DNA from: a bacterium
Lineage (GTDB): Bacteria; Cyanobacteriota; Vampirovibrionia; LMEP-6097
Direction of reading: 5' to 3'
DNA: 60,346 nt
Assembly: GCA_046080385.1 (NCBI GenBank)
Contig: JBJTTW010000066.1
Span: 1 to 60,346, forward strand
This document shows, piece by piece, positions 37,893 through 47,070 of this stretch. The first letter of the stretch is position 1. Each line of letters begins with the position of its first letter. The position numbers and the translations under genes were made by a program. The notes below the pieces were generated by a model, which searched no databases, was not told the DNA's origin, and worked only from the letters and a program-made list of their open reading frames with translations.

Positions 37893-39225
37893 GTTTTGCT
37901 TTTAGGATTAGACTTAAATGATCTAATATATGGTCAGCACTTAAGGATTTATTCTGCTTAACTAATTTTATAATTTCGAGTTCATTAGAATCATCTAATT
38001 TAGGATAAATTATATTAATTTCGCTTTCTTTGCTATTTATAGCATCAACGCCATTTGCGATTATCATATCCAAGTTCTTTGCTATCAGTTTTTTTCGAGC
38101 ATTTTCTATTAGGTCTTCGGATTCAAGTGAAAAGCCTACTGTTATTTGGATTGGGCTTTTCTGAGCAGATAAATGCTTAATTATATCAGGATTTTCTTTG
38201 AGTTCTAGGGTAACAGTACTTGTGGTATTACTATCTTTTTTAATTTTTTTTGATAAATGCTGCATTGGGCTGTAGTCTGATACGGCTGCTGCCATGATTA
38301 CAGCATCTATAGATTCATTGAAATTCGCTTCCATGGCTTTAAGCATTTCTTCGGATGAGTTAACTTCTAAAAGTAATAGATTAGGATGATCTAGTAGAGC
38401 GGATTTGATAGGGTCTTTTCTATAATTTACTGTAGATACAAGTATGACATTAGCGCCACGATAGAGAGCTTCTTGTGCTAGTGCAAATCCCATTTCTCCA
38501 GAACTGTCGTTGGAAATGAATCTAACGGGATCTAAATATTCTTTAGTCCCACCAGCACTGATAAGTATATTGTTGTCTAGCAAGTTCTGGGGTTTTCCTT
38601 TAGAGTTAAATTGTAATTTAGAGTATTTAGACAATATCTTTTTGCTTAGTATTTTATTTACTGCATTGAGGATAGAGTCTAAATCTGCTAACCTACCTAT
38701 TCCACTTGTTTTACAAGCTAAAGCTCCCACGCTAGGTTGAATTATTGAATAAGCATAGCTACCACTTAATTTTTTGATATTATCTTGAACTCCTGGATGT
38801 AGCCACATATTGGTATTCATGGCTGGAGCTATTACTACGGGGGCTTTAGTCGCTAGGATTATATCGTAGATTAAATCATCACTGATGGCAGTCGCGAGTT
38901 TACCAATGCAGTTAGCAGTCGCTGGAGCTACTAATATGAGATCTGCTATTTGAGCTAAATATATATGATCTATGTAAGAATTATTAGGGAAGGGGTTCAT
39001 AGTCGATTCTTCGACTGTATGTTTAGACTCTTTGGTGAATACTCTATTAGCACTTATAACTTCTAAGCTGAGCGGACTCACAAAGCTTGCAGCTGAACTG
39101 CTTAAAACCACATAGACATTAGCTCCTAGTTTTTTTAACTGGGAAACTAATTCGACAGATTTATAACTAGCTATGCCGCCAGTAACTCCAAGAACTATAG
39201 TCTTATTTTCAAGAATTAGTTCCAC
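37855..39225 (-). CDS. coaBC: Bifunctional phosphopantothenoylcysteine decarboxylase / synthetase
   Basis: IVLGVTGGIASYKSVELVSQLKKLGANV, PAMNTNMW, ISAGGTKEYLDPVRFISNDSSGEMG and AAAVSDY. Confidence 0.9.
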   Translation of the reverse strand: MELILENKTIVLGVTGGIASYKSVELVSQLKKLGANVYVVLSSSAASFVSPLSLEVISANRVFTKESKHTVEESTMNPFPNNSYIDHIYLAQIADLILVAPATANCIGKLATAISDDLIYDIILATKAPVVIAPAMNTNMWLHPGVQDNIKKLSGSYAYSIIQPSVGALACKTSGIGRLADLDSILNAVNKILSKKILSKYSKLQFNSKGKPQNLLDNNILISAGGTKEYLDPVRFISNDSSGEMGFALAQEALYRGANVILVSTVNYRKDPIKSALLDHPNLLLLEVNSSEEMLKAMEANFNESIDAVIMAAAVSDYSPMQHLSKKIKKDSNTTSTVTLELKENPDIIKHLSAQKSPIQITVGFSLESEDLIENARKKLIAKNLDMIIANGVDAINSKESEINIIYPKLDDSNELEIIKLVKQNKSLSADHILDHLSLILKAKHEKHSHLINRQT

Positions 39226-39230
39226 TTAGG

Positions 39231-39434
39231 TTAGTAACGATTTTCTACTCTGTGTACGTAAACTTCTTTAATCGCTTTAAGAATGGGTGGGTAAGGACTA
39301 GGTTCTTCTTTATCCTGCTCTTTAATTCTTTTAGCTACACCAGCGATCTCTCTAGTCATTTCATAGATATTCTCTTCGTAATCTATAATCTCACTTAAGA
39401 ACTTATTAGTAGAATCACTCTGATTATTAGGCAT
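39231..39434 (-). CDS. rpoZ: Probable RNA polymerase omega subunit
   Basis: 67 aa. ENIYEMTREIAGVAKRIKEQ resembles the N(R/K)YEL...A.RAR helix. Conserved position next to coaBC. Confidence 0.5.
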   Translation of the reverse strand: MPNNQSDSTNKFLSEIIDYEENIYEMTREIAGVAKRIKEQDKEEPSPYPPILKAIKEVYVHRVENRY

Positions 39435-39445
39435 AAGTCAAGTAA

Positions 39446-40111
39446 TTATACCACAGCTTGAGCTAAAGACTGTGTAATGCTTTTATAAACTTCATCTGGG
39501 CTGAGTTCTGCATCTAATTCAATAAATTTACCTGATTTATAATTATTATAGAATTGAGTTAAAGGTAAACCAGTTTCCGCTTCATAAGTGCTGAGTCTTT
39601 TTTCTATAATTTCAGGATTATCATCTTTCCTTTGGTACAGATCTGAGCCACATAAATCACAGCGGCCTTCTACTTTAGGCGGAGTGAATAGGACGTGGAA
39701 CATACCTTTACAGTTCGGATCTTGAGTTTTAGAACACATTCTTCTACCGCTAAGTCTTTCTACGAGAATTTTTTTGCGGACGTTTAACGCAAATATATAA
39801 TCGAGTGGGCTAACTTGCTCAGCTAAGAATTTAGCTTGCTCCAGTGTTCTTGGGTAACCATCTAGTAAAAATCTATTAGTGGTTTTTAATTTGCTTTTAA
39901 CTATTTCATTCACGATGTCGTCTGAGACTAGTTCGCCGCGCTCAACGATAGCTTTAACTTCTTTCCCCAAGGTAGATTCACTCTTTATTTCGTTTCTAAT
40001 AAGATCACCAGTGCTAATGTGTTCAAGTTTAAATTCCTCCGCAAGCCGAGCTGCTTGCGTTCCTTTGCCTGCACCTGCTGGACCGATAAATAGGATTCTT
40101 AAATTTTCCAT
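39446..40111 (-). CDS. adk: Adenylate kinase (zinc-lid type)
   Basis: ILFIGPAGAGKGTQA, LLDGYPRT, CSKTQDPNCKG...CDLCGSDLYQRKDD. Confidence 0.95.
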   Translation of the reverse strand: MENLRILFIGPAGAGKGTQAARLAEEFKLEHISTGDLIRNEIKSESTLGKEVKAIVERGELVSDDIVNEIVKSKLKTTNRFLLDGYPRTLEQAKFLAEQVSPLDYIFALNVRKKILVERLSGRRMCSKTQDPNCKGMFHVLFTPPKVEGRCDLCGSDLYQRKDDNPEIIEKRLSTYEAETGLPLTQFYNNYKSGKFIELDAELSPDEVYKSITQSLAQAVV

Positions 40112-40144
40112 GTATGGAGAAATTCTAACATAAGCAAATTAGTT

Positions 40145-40286
40145 CTTAAGGATCCGCTGAAAAATGCTGTTTTTAGCATTTTTCGACCCCGACCGAGGTA
40201 TAAAACCTAGCTCGGGGGAGCGGATTCTTAACTTCTTCACCTGACAGTCCGTGATGAAAAATGAAATTTTTCATCACTTCCTTAAG
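40145..40286 (-). mobile_element. CTTAAG-bounded nested-palindrome element, copy 2 (intergenic queA/adk)
   Basis: cttaaggatccgctgaaaaatgctgtttttagcatttttcgaccccgaccgaggtataaaacctagctcgggggagcggattcttaac...gtgatgaaaaatgaaatttttcatcacttccttaag. A partial inverted extra copy of the first hairpin lies at ~40290-40322. Confidence 0.85.
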
Positions 40287-40328
40287 CATTCGCTAAAAAA
40301 TGCTCAAAATAGCATTTTCATTATTTCC

Positions 40329-41528
40329 TTAAAGTAAAAGACAGCAGTCACCATAACTAAAGAATCGATATTTTTCTTCGACGGCTATCTGGTAAAGGGT
40401 TTTACATTCTTCTGTGCCGATTAATGCACTGACTAATAGTAGTAAAGTGGACTTAGGCAAATGGAAATTAGTTAAAAGTCCATCTATAATTTTAAATTTA
40501 AAATTCCCAGGATAAATATATAAATCAGTCTCACCACGCAGCTTACCAGTAATAGCTATGCTTTCAAGACAGCGTAAGCTAGTAGTGCCGATAGCGATTA
40601 TTCTTTGACCACGAGTTTTAGCGGTTTGAATTTTATCCCAGTTTTCAGAGCTAATTTCATAAGATTCAAAATGCATTTTATGGTCTTTCACTTCGCTTAC
40701 ACTGACAGGTTTAAAGGTCCCGATTCCCACATCTAGATTTAAGTCTATAAATTCAACTCCTTTCCTTGTAAGTGCTTGAATGATTTCTTCGCTAAAATGT
40801 AGCCCAGCAGTAGGTGCGGCAATACTGCTGCCGAGAGAATCCTGCTTAGAATAAACTGTCTGATAGCGTTCCTTATCGCTGTCTTCAGCACTCCTTTGCA
40901 GATAAGGTGGTATTGGCATAGTGCCGTGATTAGTAATTATGTTTAGAAATTGCTCATAGCCTTTGAATTCGACTATCATCATCCCATCTTCATTTGAAGA
41001 CCGCTGCACAAGTCCATTGTGGGCATGCAGCCGAACTCCAATTTCTGCGTTCTCTTTAAAAATAATTATTTCTTCTGAGGAACCACTTATGATATAGGAT
41101 TTAGGAGTGTTTTTGATTTTCTTTCCTGGCTTAGCTAGAGCTATCCAGCGATATCTTTTATCATGACGCTGCTCGCAAGCTCCAATTTCTGCGTTTCCGC
41201 CCGCCTCATGATCCAGAAATTCCTTAACTAAAAGTATTTCAATGGCTTTGTTTTCAGGCTTCTCTTTATCTATAACAAAAAATCTTGCCGCTAGCACTCT
41301 AGTGACATTCCTCACTAAAATATCCCCAGCTTTTAAGATAGAGCATATATCTTTAAAGGATTTATGTTCAATATTTTTATTAAGTTCTTGCAAAATAGTA
41401 TCTTTGAGATTTGGTGCTTCCTGAATTTCTCGCTTATAATAGAGCAAGCGAGAATTATCCCTTTTATCTAGTGGATACTTAGCGACTAATTCCTCTGGTA
41501 GCTCAAAATCAAAATCGTCAATTAACAT
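40329..41528 (-). CDS. queA: S-adenosylmethionine:tRNA ribosyltransferase-isomerase, with two repeat insertions
   Basis: FDFELPEELVAKYPLDKRDNSRLL, YQTVYSK...AAPTAGLHF, AIGTTSLR and RFFSYGDCCLL. Confidence 0.95.
   Translation of the reverse strand: MLIDDFDFELPEELVAKYPLDKRDNSRLLYYKREIQEAPNLKDTILQELNKNIEHKSFKDICSILKAGDILVRNVTRVLAARFFVIDKEKPENKAIEILLVKEFLDHEAGGNAEIGACEQRHDKRYRWIALAKPGKKIKNTPKSYIISGSSEEIIIFKENAEIGVRLHAHNGLVQRSSNEDGMMIVEFKGYEQFLNIITNHGTMPIPPYLQRSAEDSDKERYQTVYSKQDSLGSSIAAPTAGLHFSEEIIQALTRKGVEFIDLNLDVGIGTFKPVSVSEVKDHKMHFESYEISSENWDKIQTAKTRGQRIIAIGTTSLRCLESIAITGKLRGETDLYIYPGNFKFKIIDGLLTNFHLPKSTLLLLVSALIGTEECKTLYQIAVEEKYRFFSYGDCCLLL
41031..41064 (-). repeat. Family-1 solo left end, in frame in queA
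   Basis: gggcatgcagccgaactccaatttctgcgttctc, translated ENAEIGVRLHAH. Confidence 0.8.
41165..41214 (-). repeat. Family-1 left end plus partial module B, in frame in queA
   Basis: gacgctgctcgcaagctccaatttctgcgtttccgcccgcctcatgatcc, translated DHEAGGNAEIGACEQRH. Confidence 0.8.
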
Positions 41529-41537
41529 AGTTCCTCA

Positions 41538-42650
41538 ATGATTAAACTGAGTATAATAATCACCACATATAATAGAGCAAATTTGCTTGAGCAATTGTTA
41601 AATGATATTTTAGAGCAACACGTAAGTTTAGCTCCTGAAGAGCAGTCTATTGAGTTAATTCTTGTTGATAATAATTCTGGGGATGATACTAAAGCTGTTA
41701 TTTATAAGTTTATTGAAGCGAATACTTTAAGCGTGAAGTACGTCTTTGAACCTATACAAGGTATTGCCGCTGCACGCAATGCTGGCATAGAGAAGTCGCA
41801 AGGTAATTTACTGGCCTTTCTGCATGATGATATTTCTTTAGATGAAGATTGGCTGAGAGAAGCTTACAAGCTGGCTTCTAATTGTTTACAGCATGAAATA
41901 GGTGTCTATGGTGGGCGCTCTATACCTCTTTGGGAGGATGCTTTACCTGAATGGCTTGATTTAGAGCCACCTTATGGTGTTGATCAAGAAGTCTTCAGGG
42001 GACATAGTTATGGTGATGAAGAGAGATTTTATCCTTTCAATACAGAGTTTGGTAAGGCGGATTATCCATCTGGCATAAACGTCTTTATCCGTAGAGAAAT
42101 TTTTATTAACTGTGGAATTTTTAGAGTGGATTTAGGAGCTAATGCTGAAGGTGGTCTTGGCTCGCATGAGGATTATGAATTTTTTGATTACCTCGCTGCT
42201 ATAAACATTCCAATGTTGTATGTGCCACAGTGTATAGTCTTTCACCCCATTAAACCAGAGCATCTAGACGAGCATTATGTAAGAACTAGTTATTTTAAAA
42301 CAGGTAGAAGTCTTTATTGGATAGCTCATACTGACAGGCTTAAACGCTCTGCCCCAGATTTATTTCAGATTAGTAGTGGAGATAGATTGTTTTATCCAGA
42401 GTTTACTAAAATTAAAATCGCAAGAATCCCTCTCTATTTACATTTGAAGATATTTTACGTTGCTTGTGAATTATTATATGTCCTTGTCCTATTTGATAAG
42501 AAAAAATTGCACTACGTTACCTTTAAGCTCTGCCAGGCTTTAGGTGAAATGAATGCAGCTGTCCTTTTAGCACAACGAGAGAAGAATAAGAAATTTAGTT
42601 TTAAAGACAGAATTATAAAAAAGAAAGTGATCGAATTTAAGGAAGAGTGA
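41538..42650 (+). CDS. Family 2 glycosyltransferase
   Basis: LSIIITTYNRANLLEQLL, LVDNNSGDDT, AAARNAGIEKSQGNLLAFLHDD. Confidence 0.85.
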   Translation: MIKLSIIITTYNRANLLEQLLNDILEQHVSLAPEEQSIELILVDNNSGDDTKAVIYKFIEANTLSVKYVFEPIQGIAAARNAGIEKSQGNLLAFLHDDISLDEDWLREAYKLASNCLQHEIGVYGGRSIPLWEDALPEWLDLEPPYGVDQEVFRGHSYGDEERFYPFNTEFGKADYPSGINVFIRREIFINCGIFRVDLGANAEGGLGSHEDYEFFDYLAAINIPMLYVPQCIVFHPIKPEHLDEHYVRTSYFKTGRSLYWIAHTDRLKRSAPDLFQISSGDRLFYPEFTKIKIARIPLYLHLKIFYVACELLYVLVLFDKKKLHYVTFKLCQALGEMNAAVLLAQREKNKKFSFKDRIIKKKVIEFKEE

Positions 42651-42654
42651 ATCT

Positions 42655-42796
42655 CTTTAAGGATCCACTGAAAAATGCTGTTTTTAGCATTTTTCGACCC
42701 CGACCGAGGTATAAAACCTAGCTCGGGGAGTGGATCCTTAATCTCTTTACCTGACAGTCCGTGATGAAAAATTTCATTTTTTATCACTTCCTTAAA
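42655..42796 (-). mobile_element. CTTAAG-bounded nested-palindrome element, copy 3 (fills the gap between the convergent GT2 and nagZ-like genes)
   Basis: Near-identical to copy 2. Begins 5 nt after the GT2 stop. The nagZ-like stop codon (42792-42794) lies in the element terminus. Confidence 0.85.
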
Positions 42797-44420
42797 GTTC
42801 TGTTTGATCAGCTTGAAAAACTTTTAAGAGTGCTTTATAGTGTACGAAATTTGCACCATCTAGATTAATATCAGCGATTTCACTATCAAAATCACATTCA
42901 ACATGAATAGTATTAGGGAAGTCTTTTTTAAAATCTAGAATAAGAGACTCCTGCACAACTCCATTTTCTGCGTTTTCAATAAAGTTTTCTGGCTGTGGAT
43001 CGCTCTGACATTGAAAACTTAGTATTAAATATTTTAAAGACCTCTTTGAGCTTGCGGTTAATTCTTTATCCGAGCTTAATATCAGATCACTCAGGGATTT
43101 AGTTTCTCGTGAGAATTGTAGCAACTTGGCTTCTGGAAACACTTTCCTGATAATTTCAAGCTCTAATTTAGGGTGTTCAAAAACCAAAATATAATCAGGT
43201 CTAAATGGTAGGGAACTGGATAACTCTGCACCTAAGCCATTTTGAGCTTTATGATTTATTTGAATACTGTCTTGAACTATGTTTGACATCTCTTGTATTA
43301 ATTTTTCTCTGTAGCTATGGTCTAAAGTGTGTTTTACAGTACTGTTTCTATTTAAACTAAAATCCTGTTGCCTTTTCAGTGTTTTTTTATCCTTTAGTCG
43401 ATCTTTAGTTAGTTTAATTTTTTCTATGGAATTTTCGATACGCTCACGCAGAGATTTACTAAAATGGCAGGTAGGACTAGATCTTTCTATCTCTAAGGCT
43501 TCGTCTAGATTAGTGTTCCAGATAATTAAATCATTGCCAGCTTTTATCATTAACTCACAGATTCTTTTATAATCCCCAAATTCACTCAGAGCTTTCATTG
43601 TGATCTCATCAGTCACACACAATCCTTTAAACTTAAGTTCTTGCTGGAGAAGACCTTCTACGAAAAAAGGATTAATACTTGCTGGTAGTTTTTCTAGTAT
43701 TTCCTGCGTAGGTTTATTATTAAAACCACTATTCAAAAGCTTTTCTTGAATATTTGCTGGAAGCTTATAAATAGCGTGGGCCGTCATGACCATATCTATT
43801 TCAGAGTTTATCGCTGCACGAAAAGGCTGAAGATGATCATTAAAGAATAATTCTTTGCTTAAATCTATATGGGGTAAAGAGTGATGAGAATCTTTGATTG
43901 AGTCACCATGTCCAGGAAAGTGTTTGGCACAGTTAAGTAGGGGATATTTTTTTAATTCATTTATAATAACAGTAGCCTGCTCAGAGACTAGTTTAGAATC
44001 GTTCCCAAGGCTTCTTGTACCGATAATGGGATTCAGAGGGTTAGTATTTAAATCTAAGCAGGGAGCGAAAACTAGATTAAAGCCCAAATCAATTAATTCA
44101 GAAGCAAAGAGCTGAGTGTGTGCTTTTAAATAGTCTGGATTCTTTCTGCTAGCAGTACCTAGGGCATAGAGACTTGGCAAACTTGCTGAAACTTTTCTAA
44201 GGCGCTCTACTTTGCCACCTTCTTGGTCGACACTAATTAAAATATCTTCGCCTAATAAATCTTTTAAATCGGTAATGAGTTTTTTTAACTGAGCGGCTTC
44301 TTCTATATTTGTATCAAAGAGAATTAATCCAGCTGGCTTTAGCTCTAAAAGTTTAGCTGCGGTTTCTTTGTCTAAAGTGTCTCCCTTAAAGCCACAGATG
44401 AAGAGATTGCTGAGTTGCAT
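42792..44420 (-). CDS. nagZ: GH3 beta-N-acetylhexosaminidase (NagZ-like) with ~200-aa C-terminal extension
   Basis: GLILFDTNI, VDQEGGKVERL and KHFPGHGDSIKDSHHSLP. The C-terminal region is unassigned and contains a family-1 insertion. Confidence 0.8.
   Translation of the reverse strand: MQLSNLFICGFKGDTLDKETAAKLLELKPAGLILFDTNIEEAAQLKKLITDLKDLLGEDILISVDQEGGKVERLRKVSASLPSLYALGTASRKNPDYLKAHTQLFASELIDLGFNLVFAPCLDLNTNPLNPIIGTRSLGNDSKLVSEQATVIINELKKYPLLNCAKHFPGHGDSIKDSHHSLPHIDLSKELFFNDHLQPFRAAINSEIDMVMTAHAIYKLPANIQEKLLNSGFNNKPTQEILEKLPASINPFFVEGLLQQELKFKGLCVTDEITMKALSEFGDYKRICELMIKAGNDLIIWNTNLDEALEIERSSPTCHFSKSLRERIENSIEKIKLTKDRLKDKKTLKRQQDFSLNRNSTVKHTLDHSYREKLIQEMSNIVQDSIQINHKAQNGLGAELSSSLPFRPDYILVFEHPKLELEIIRKVFPEAKLLQFSRETKSLSDLILSSDKELTASSKRSLKYLILSFQCQSDPQPENFIENAENGVVQESLILDFKKDFPNTIHVECDFDSEIADINLDGANFVHYKALLKVFQADQTEL
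42944..42977 (-). repeat. Family-1 solo left end, in frame in the nagZ-like C-terminal extension
   Basis: gagactcctgcacaactccattttctgcgttttc, translated ENAENGVVQESL. Confidence 0.75.
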
Positions 44421-44426
44421 AATGCT

Positions 44427-44564
44427 TTAATTATCTCATGGATATTTTATTATCTGAGTTTTAAAGTATCTAATTTATTGGATATTTTAAGAATAACATT
44501 ATAAAATACCTAATATATTAGATATTTTATAATCTAGTGGGTATAATATCTAATATATTGGATA
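44427..44564. promoter_or_regulatory. Four HipB-type operator-like sites phased at exactly 40 bp
   Basis: TATCTAATTTATTGGATA (44467-44484), TACCTAATATATTAGATA (44507-44524), TATCTAATATATTGGATA (44547-44564), and a degenerate site with a conserved GGATA half at 44427-44444. TATAAT lies at 44543-44548, overlapping the last site. Confidence 0.6.
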
Positions 44565-44570
44565 TTACAG

Positions 44571-45752
44571 ATGGCTAATTCTAATTGGGCGAAAGTCTAT
44601 TTAAATAATGATTTTGTTGGTTACTTAGAGGAACAAGCAGGTGGAAGAACTTGTTTTACTTACGATGAGAGTTTTATACAAAGCAGTAATAATCCAGTAT
44701 CGGTAACATTACCTTTAAATATAAATAAGCATTATTCTGAAAATGGCTTACATCCTTTTTTTGATAATCTTGTCGCAGAGGGATGGCTTGCCCAGATTCA
44801 AGCTAAAGCCTTAGGTATTCGTGAGAATGATAGATTCAAACTGTTAATGGCTTTTGGTCATGATTTAATCGGAGCTGTGACGGTAGTTGATCCAGATCCA
44901 CAGTATCAGATCCACCTTGATAAAAATGATTATGTAAAAAAAATAGCTGTAAAATCTAAAGCTTCTATGTCTGGTGTGCAGCCTAAAATATTAGTAACTT
45001 TAGGGGAGAATGGTTTCGTACCTGTCAATTTAGGAGAGACTTCTACGTATATCGCTAAGCTGAAAGGTAAGTATCCATTAATTTTAGAGAATGAATATCT
45101 TTGCATGAAAGTAGCTGAAATCTTACTGAAGCCTGATGAAGTTGCGGAAACCCAGCTTGCGAAAATAGAAGGCATTGGCGATGCATTGTTGGTGAAACGC
45201 TTTGATAGACTTGAAAACAAGGCTAAAGTACATTTTGAAGAATTTGCTTCGCTGCTACAAATGAAGGCTATAGATAAATATGATTTAAACTATAAAGATT
45301 TAGCTGATTACATGAATAACAGTGAACTATGTAATAAAGTTGACGTTGAAAAGCTCTTTAGAAGAGTTTTGGCTTGTATACTTTTAGGGAATACCGACGC
45401 ACATTTGAAAAATTTTGCTATGTTACATAATGCTGCTGGTCTAAAGTTAAGCCCTCTATATGATATGGTTTTTGTCAGGTATTATGAAGAATTGACTCCT
45501 AATTTAGCTTTGGGATTTAATTCTAAGCTTGATTTACCCTTAGGCGATATTAAAGCTAAGCATTTAAAGATACTGTGTGCAGACTTTAAGTTACGTGAAG
45601 CAGTTTTAGAACAGGCGGTAAAAGATTTTTCCTCTAGGTTAGATCACATTTATGATTTTATAGAAGCTTCTAAAAAAGTAAACCCTTTACTGAGAAAAGC
45701 TTTCAGAGAACATATTAAAAAAAGATGGAACGGCATATTCAAAAATATTTAA
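44571..45752 (+). CDS. hipA: HipA-family Ser/Thr kinase toxin
   Basis: N-terminal HipA_N-like segment (VYLNNDFVGYLEE...FTYDESF...PFFDNLVAEGW), SGVQPKILV and catalytic loop ILLGNTDAHLKNFAML. Confidence 0.85.
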   Translation: MANSNWAKVYLNNDFVGYLEEQAGGRTCFTYDESFIQSSNNPVSVTLPLNINKHYSENGLHPFFDNLVAEGWLAQIQAKALGIRENDRFKLLMAFGHDLIGAVTVVDPDPQYQIHLDKNDYVKKIAVKSKASMSGVQPKILVTLGENGFVPVNLGETSTYIAKLKGKYPLILENEYLCMKVAEILLKPDEVAETQLAKIEGIGDALLVKRFDRLENKAKVHFEEFASLLQMKAIDKYDLNYKDLADYMNNSELCNKVDVEKLFRRVLACILLGNTDAHLKNFAMLHNAAGLKLSPLYDMVFVRYYEELTPNLALGFNSKLDLPLGDIKAKHLKILCADFKLREAVLEQAVKDFSSRLDHIYDFIEASKKVNPLLRKAFREHIKKRWNGIFKNI

Positions 45753-46063
45753 AAACTATAGTTTCTGAGATTAAGTCTGAGCGAAAGAAACAAAAAATAT
45801 CTCAGAAAAGATTAGCTGCTTTAACGGGAATCAGCACTCAAACTATTTCACGCTTTGAACAAGCTGAAGAGAATATACAGTTTTCTACCGTACTTCAACT
45901 TGCAGATGCCTTAGGCTTACATCTTGAAGTCGCTTCACCAAAAGGTTTTCAGCTCTTAGTTAAAAGACTTTTGAGATATGCTTTAGAAAAAGATATTCCT
46001 GAAGTGGCTGATTTAATGCTTGATGAAGAGATTAGAGCTATTGTAGAGAGAGTGATTCAGTAA
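45725..46063 (+). CDS. XRE-family HTH protein, putative HipB-like antitoxin encoded downstream of the toxin
   Basis: KISQKRLAALTGISTQTISRFEQAEENIQFSTVLQLADALGL. Overlaps the hipA 3' end by 28 nt. Confidence 0.75.
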   Translation: MERHIQKYLKTIVSEIKSERKKQKISQKRLAALTGISTQTISRFEQAEENIQFSTVLQLADALGLHLEVASPKGFQLLVKRLLRYALEKDIPEVADLMLDEEIRAIVERVIQ

Positions 46064-46089
46064 TTTTAAGAGACCGCTACGGTTTTTAT

Positions 46090-47070
46090 TTAAATCAAAG
46101 CCCACTTATTTAAATAGTTTTCATATAGAGCTAATCCCTGTATATGTTCATCGGTGAAATCATAATTTAAGGTCTGAAAATAACTACTTAAAATATTCTT
46201 CTGCAAATTAGTCCTAGAATGAGTTATATCTATTATTTCATCCAGATCTTGGTTAAGCCCCATGGCTTTTGCTGTAAGGATAAGTTCTTGTAAAAATTTT
46301 TCCTTCTGAGGATTTAGTTTATGAGCCCATAGCCCAAAGACCATTGGTAAGCCATTCGATAAATCGAACCATTCTTCACCAAGATCATAAATATATTGGT
46401 AATTTATAAGCTTGGCAACACTGGCCTGTAGCGGAGCTCCAATTTCTGCATTTTCGTTCGCTTCGAGTAAAGCTTTATCACCGATTAATAGTTTATTAGG
46501 TAAACCTTCTCCCTTACCAGAAAATTTAATAAACTCAATATTATTAATATCTAAAGTATATTTTTCAGCTAACAGTATTTTTAATAAACCTACGGAACTT
46601 GCACTTTCTTCGCTTATATATATCTTAGGCTTTAAACCCTTTTGTTGTAAGCTTTTTAATTCTTTTAAATTTTGAGTAGAGAAGAATAATACGCTTTTAA
46701 CTTTGCCAAAGGCACTAATAGAGATTCGTTTAAGTAATTTACAGTGTTCTTTTATCTTTAGATAAGCAAAGCTTGAAATAGGAGCTGCGTCTATTAGACC
46801 TTCTGTAAAGAGTTTATTTAAATGACTTGGTGCACCAGTACTAATCTTTATTTTAAAAGTATCTTCGGCGTGTAGCCGAACTCCAATTTCTGCGTTTGAA
46901 CTTGTTCGTTCGGCTATACGCCTATTTTCAGGTACACGCCCCCTGGATTGAATAATTTTATTTAAAGGGTAGTTAAAAATTTCGCAGTTAATATATGAAA
47001 TTTCGCCAAGTTTAATTAAGGGAGAACCATCCGAAGAATCTCTGCTTATCTGTGTTTCAGTAATGTTCAT
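46090..47070 (-). CDS. mqnA: Chorismate dehydratase MqnA (futalosine pathway), with two repeat insertions
   Basis: LGEISYINCEIFNYPL, GLIDAAPISSFAYL, LLIGDKAL and YIYDLGEEWFDLSNGLPMVFGLWA. Confidence 0.8.
   Translation of the reverse strand: MNITETQISRDSSDGSPLIKLGEISYINCEIFNYPLNKIIQSRGRVPENRRIAERTSSNAEIGVRLHAEDTFKIKISTGAPSHLNKLFTEGLIDAAPISSFAYLKIKEHCKLLKRISISAFGKVKSVLFFSTQNLKELKSLQQKGLKPKIYISEESASSVGLLKILLAEKYTLDINNIEFIKFSGKGEGLPNKLLIGDKALLEANENAEIGAPLQASVAKLINYQYIYDLGEEWFDLSNGLPMVFGLWAHKLNPQKEKFLQELILTAKAMGLNQDLDEIIDITHSRTNLQKNILSSYFQTLNYDFTDEHIQGLALYENYLNKWALI
46419..46461 (-). repeat. Family-1 solo left end, in frame in mqnA
   Basis: cactggcctgtagcggagctccaatttctgcattttcgttcgc, translated ANENAEIGAPLQAS. 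Confidence 0.8.
46867..46922 (-). mobile_element. Family-1 minimal complete element (56 bp) in frame in mqnA
   Basis: TIRs ggcgtgtagccgaac and gttcggctatacgcc (14/15) flank tccaatttctgcgtttgaacttgttc. Translated IAERTSSNAEIGVRLHA. Confidence 0.85.

Noticed and set aside
42512-42787. 91-aa minus-strand ORF from the ORF track
   Set aside because: It is the open frame of the 141-bp palindromic element (copy 3) running on into the antisense of the glycosyltransferase 3' end. The peptide duplicates the insertion seen in the DUF1016 protein. It is not an independent gene.
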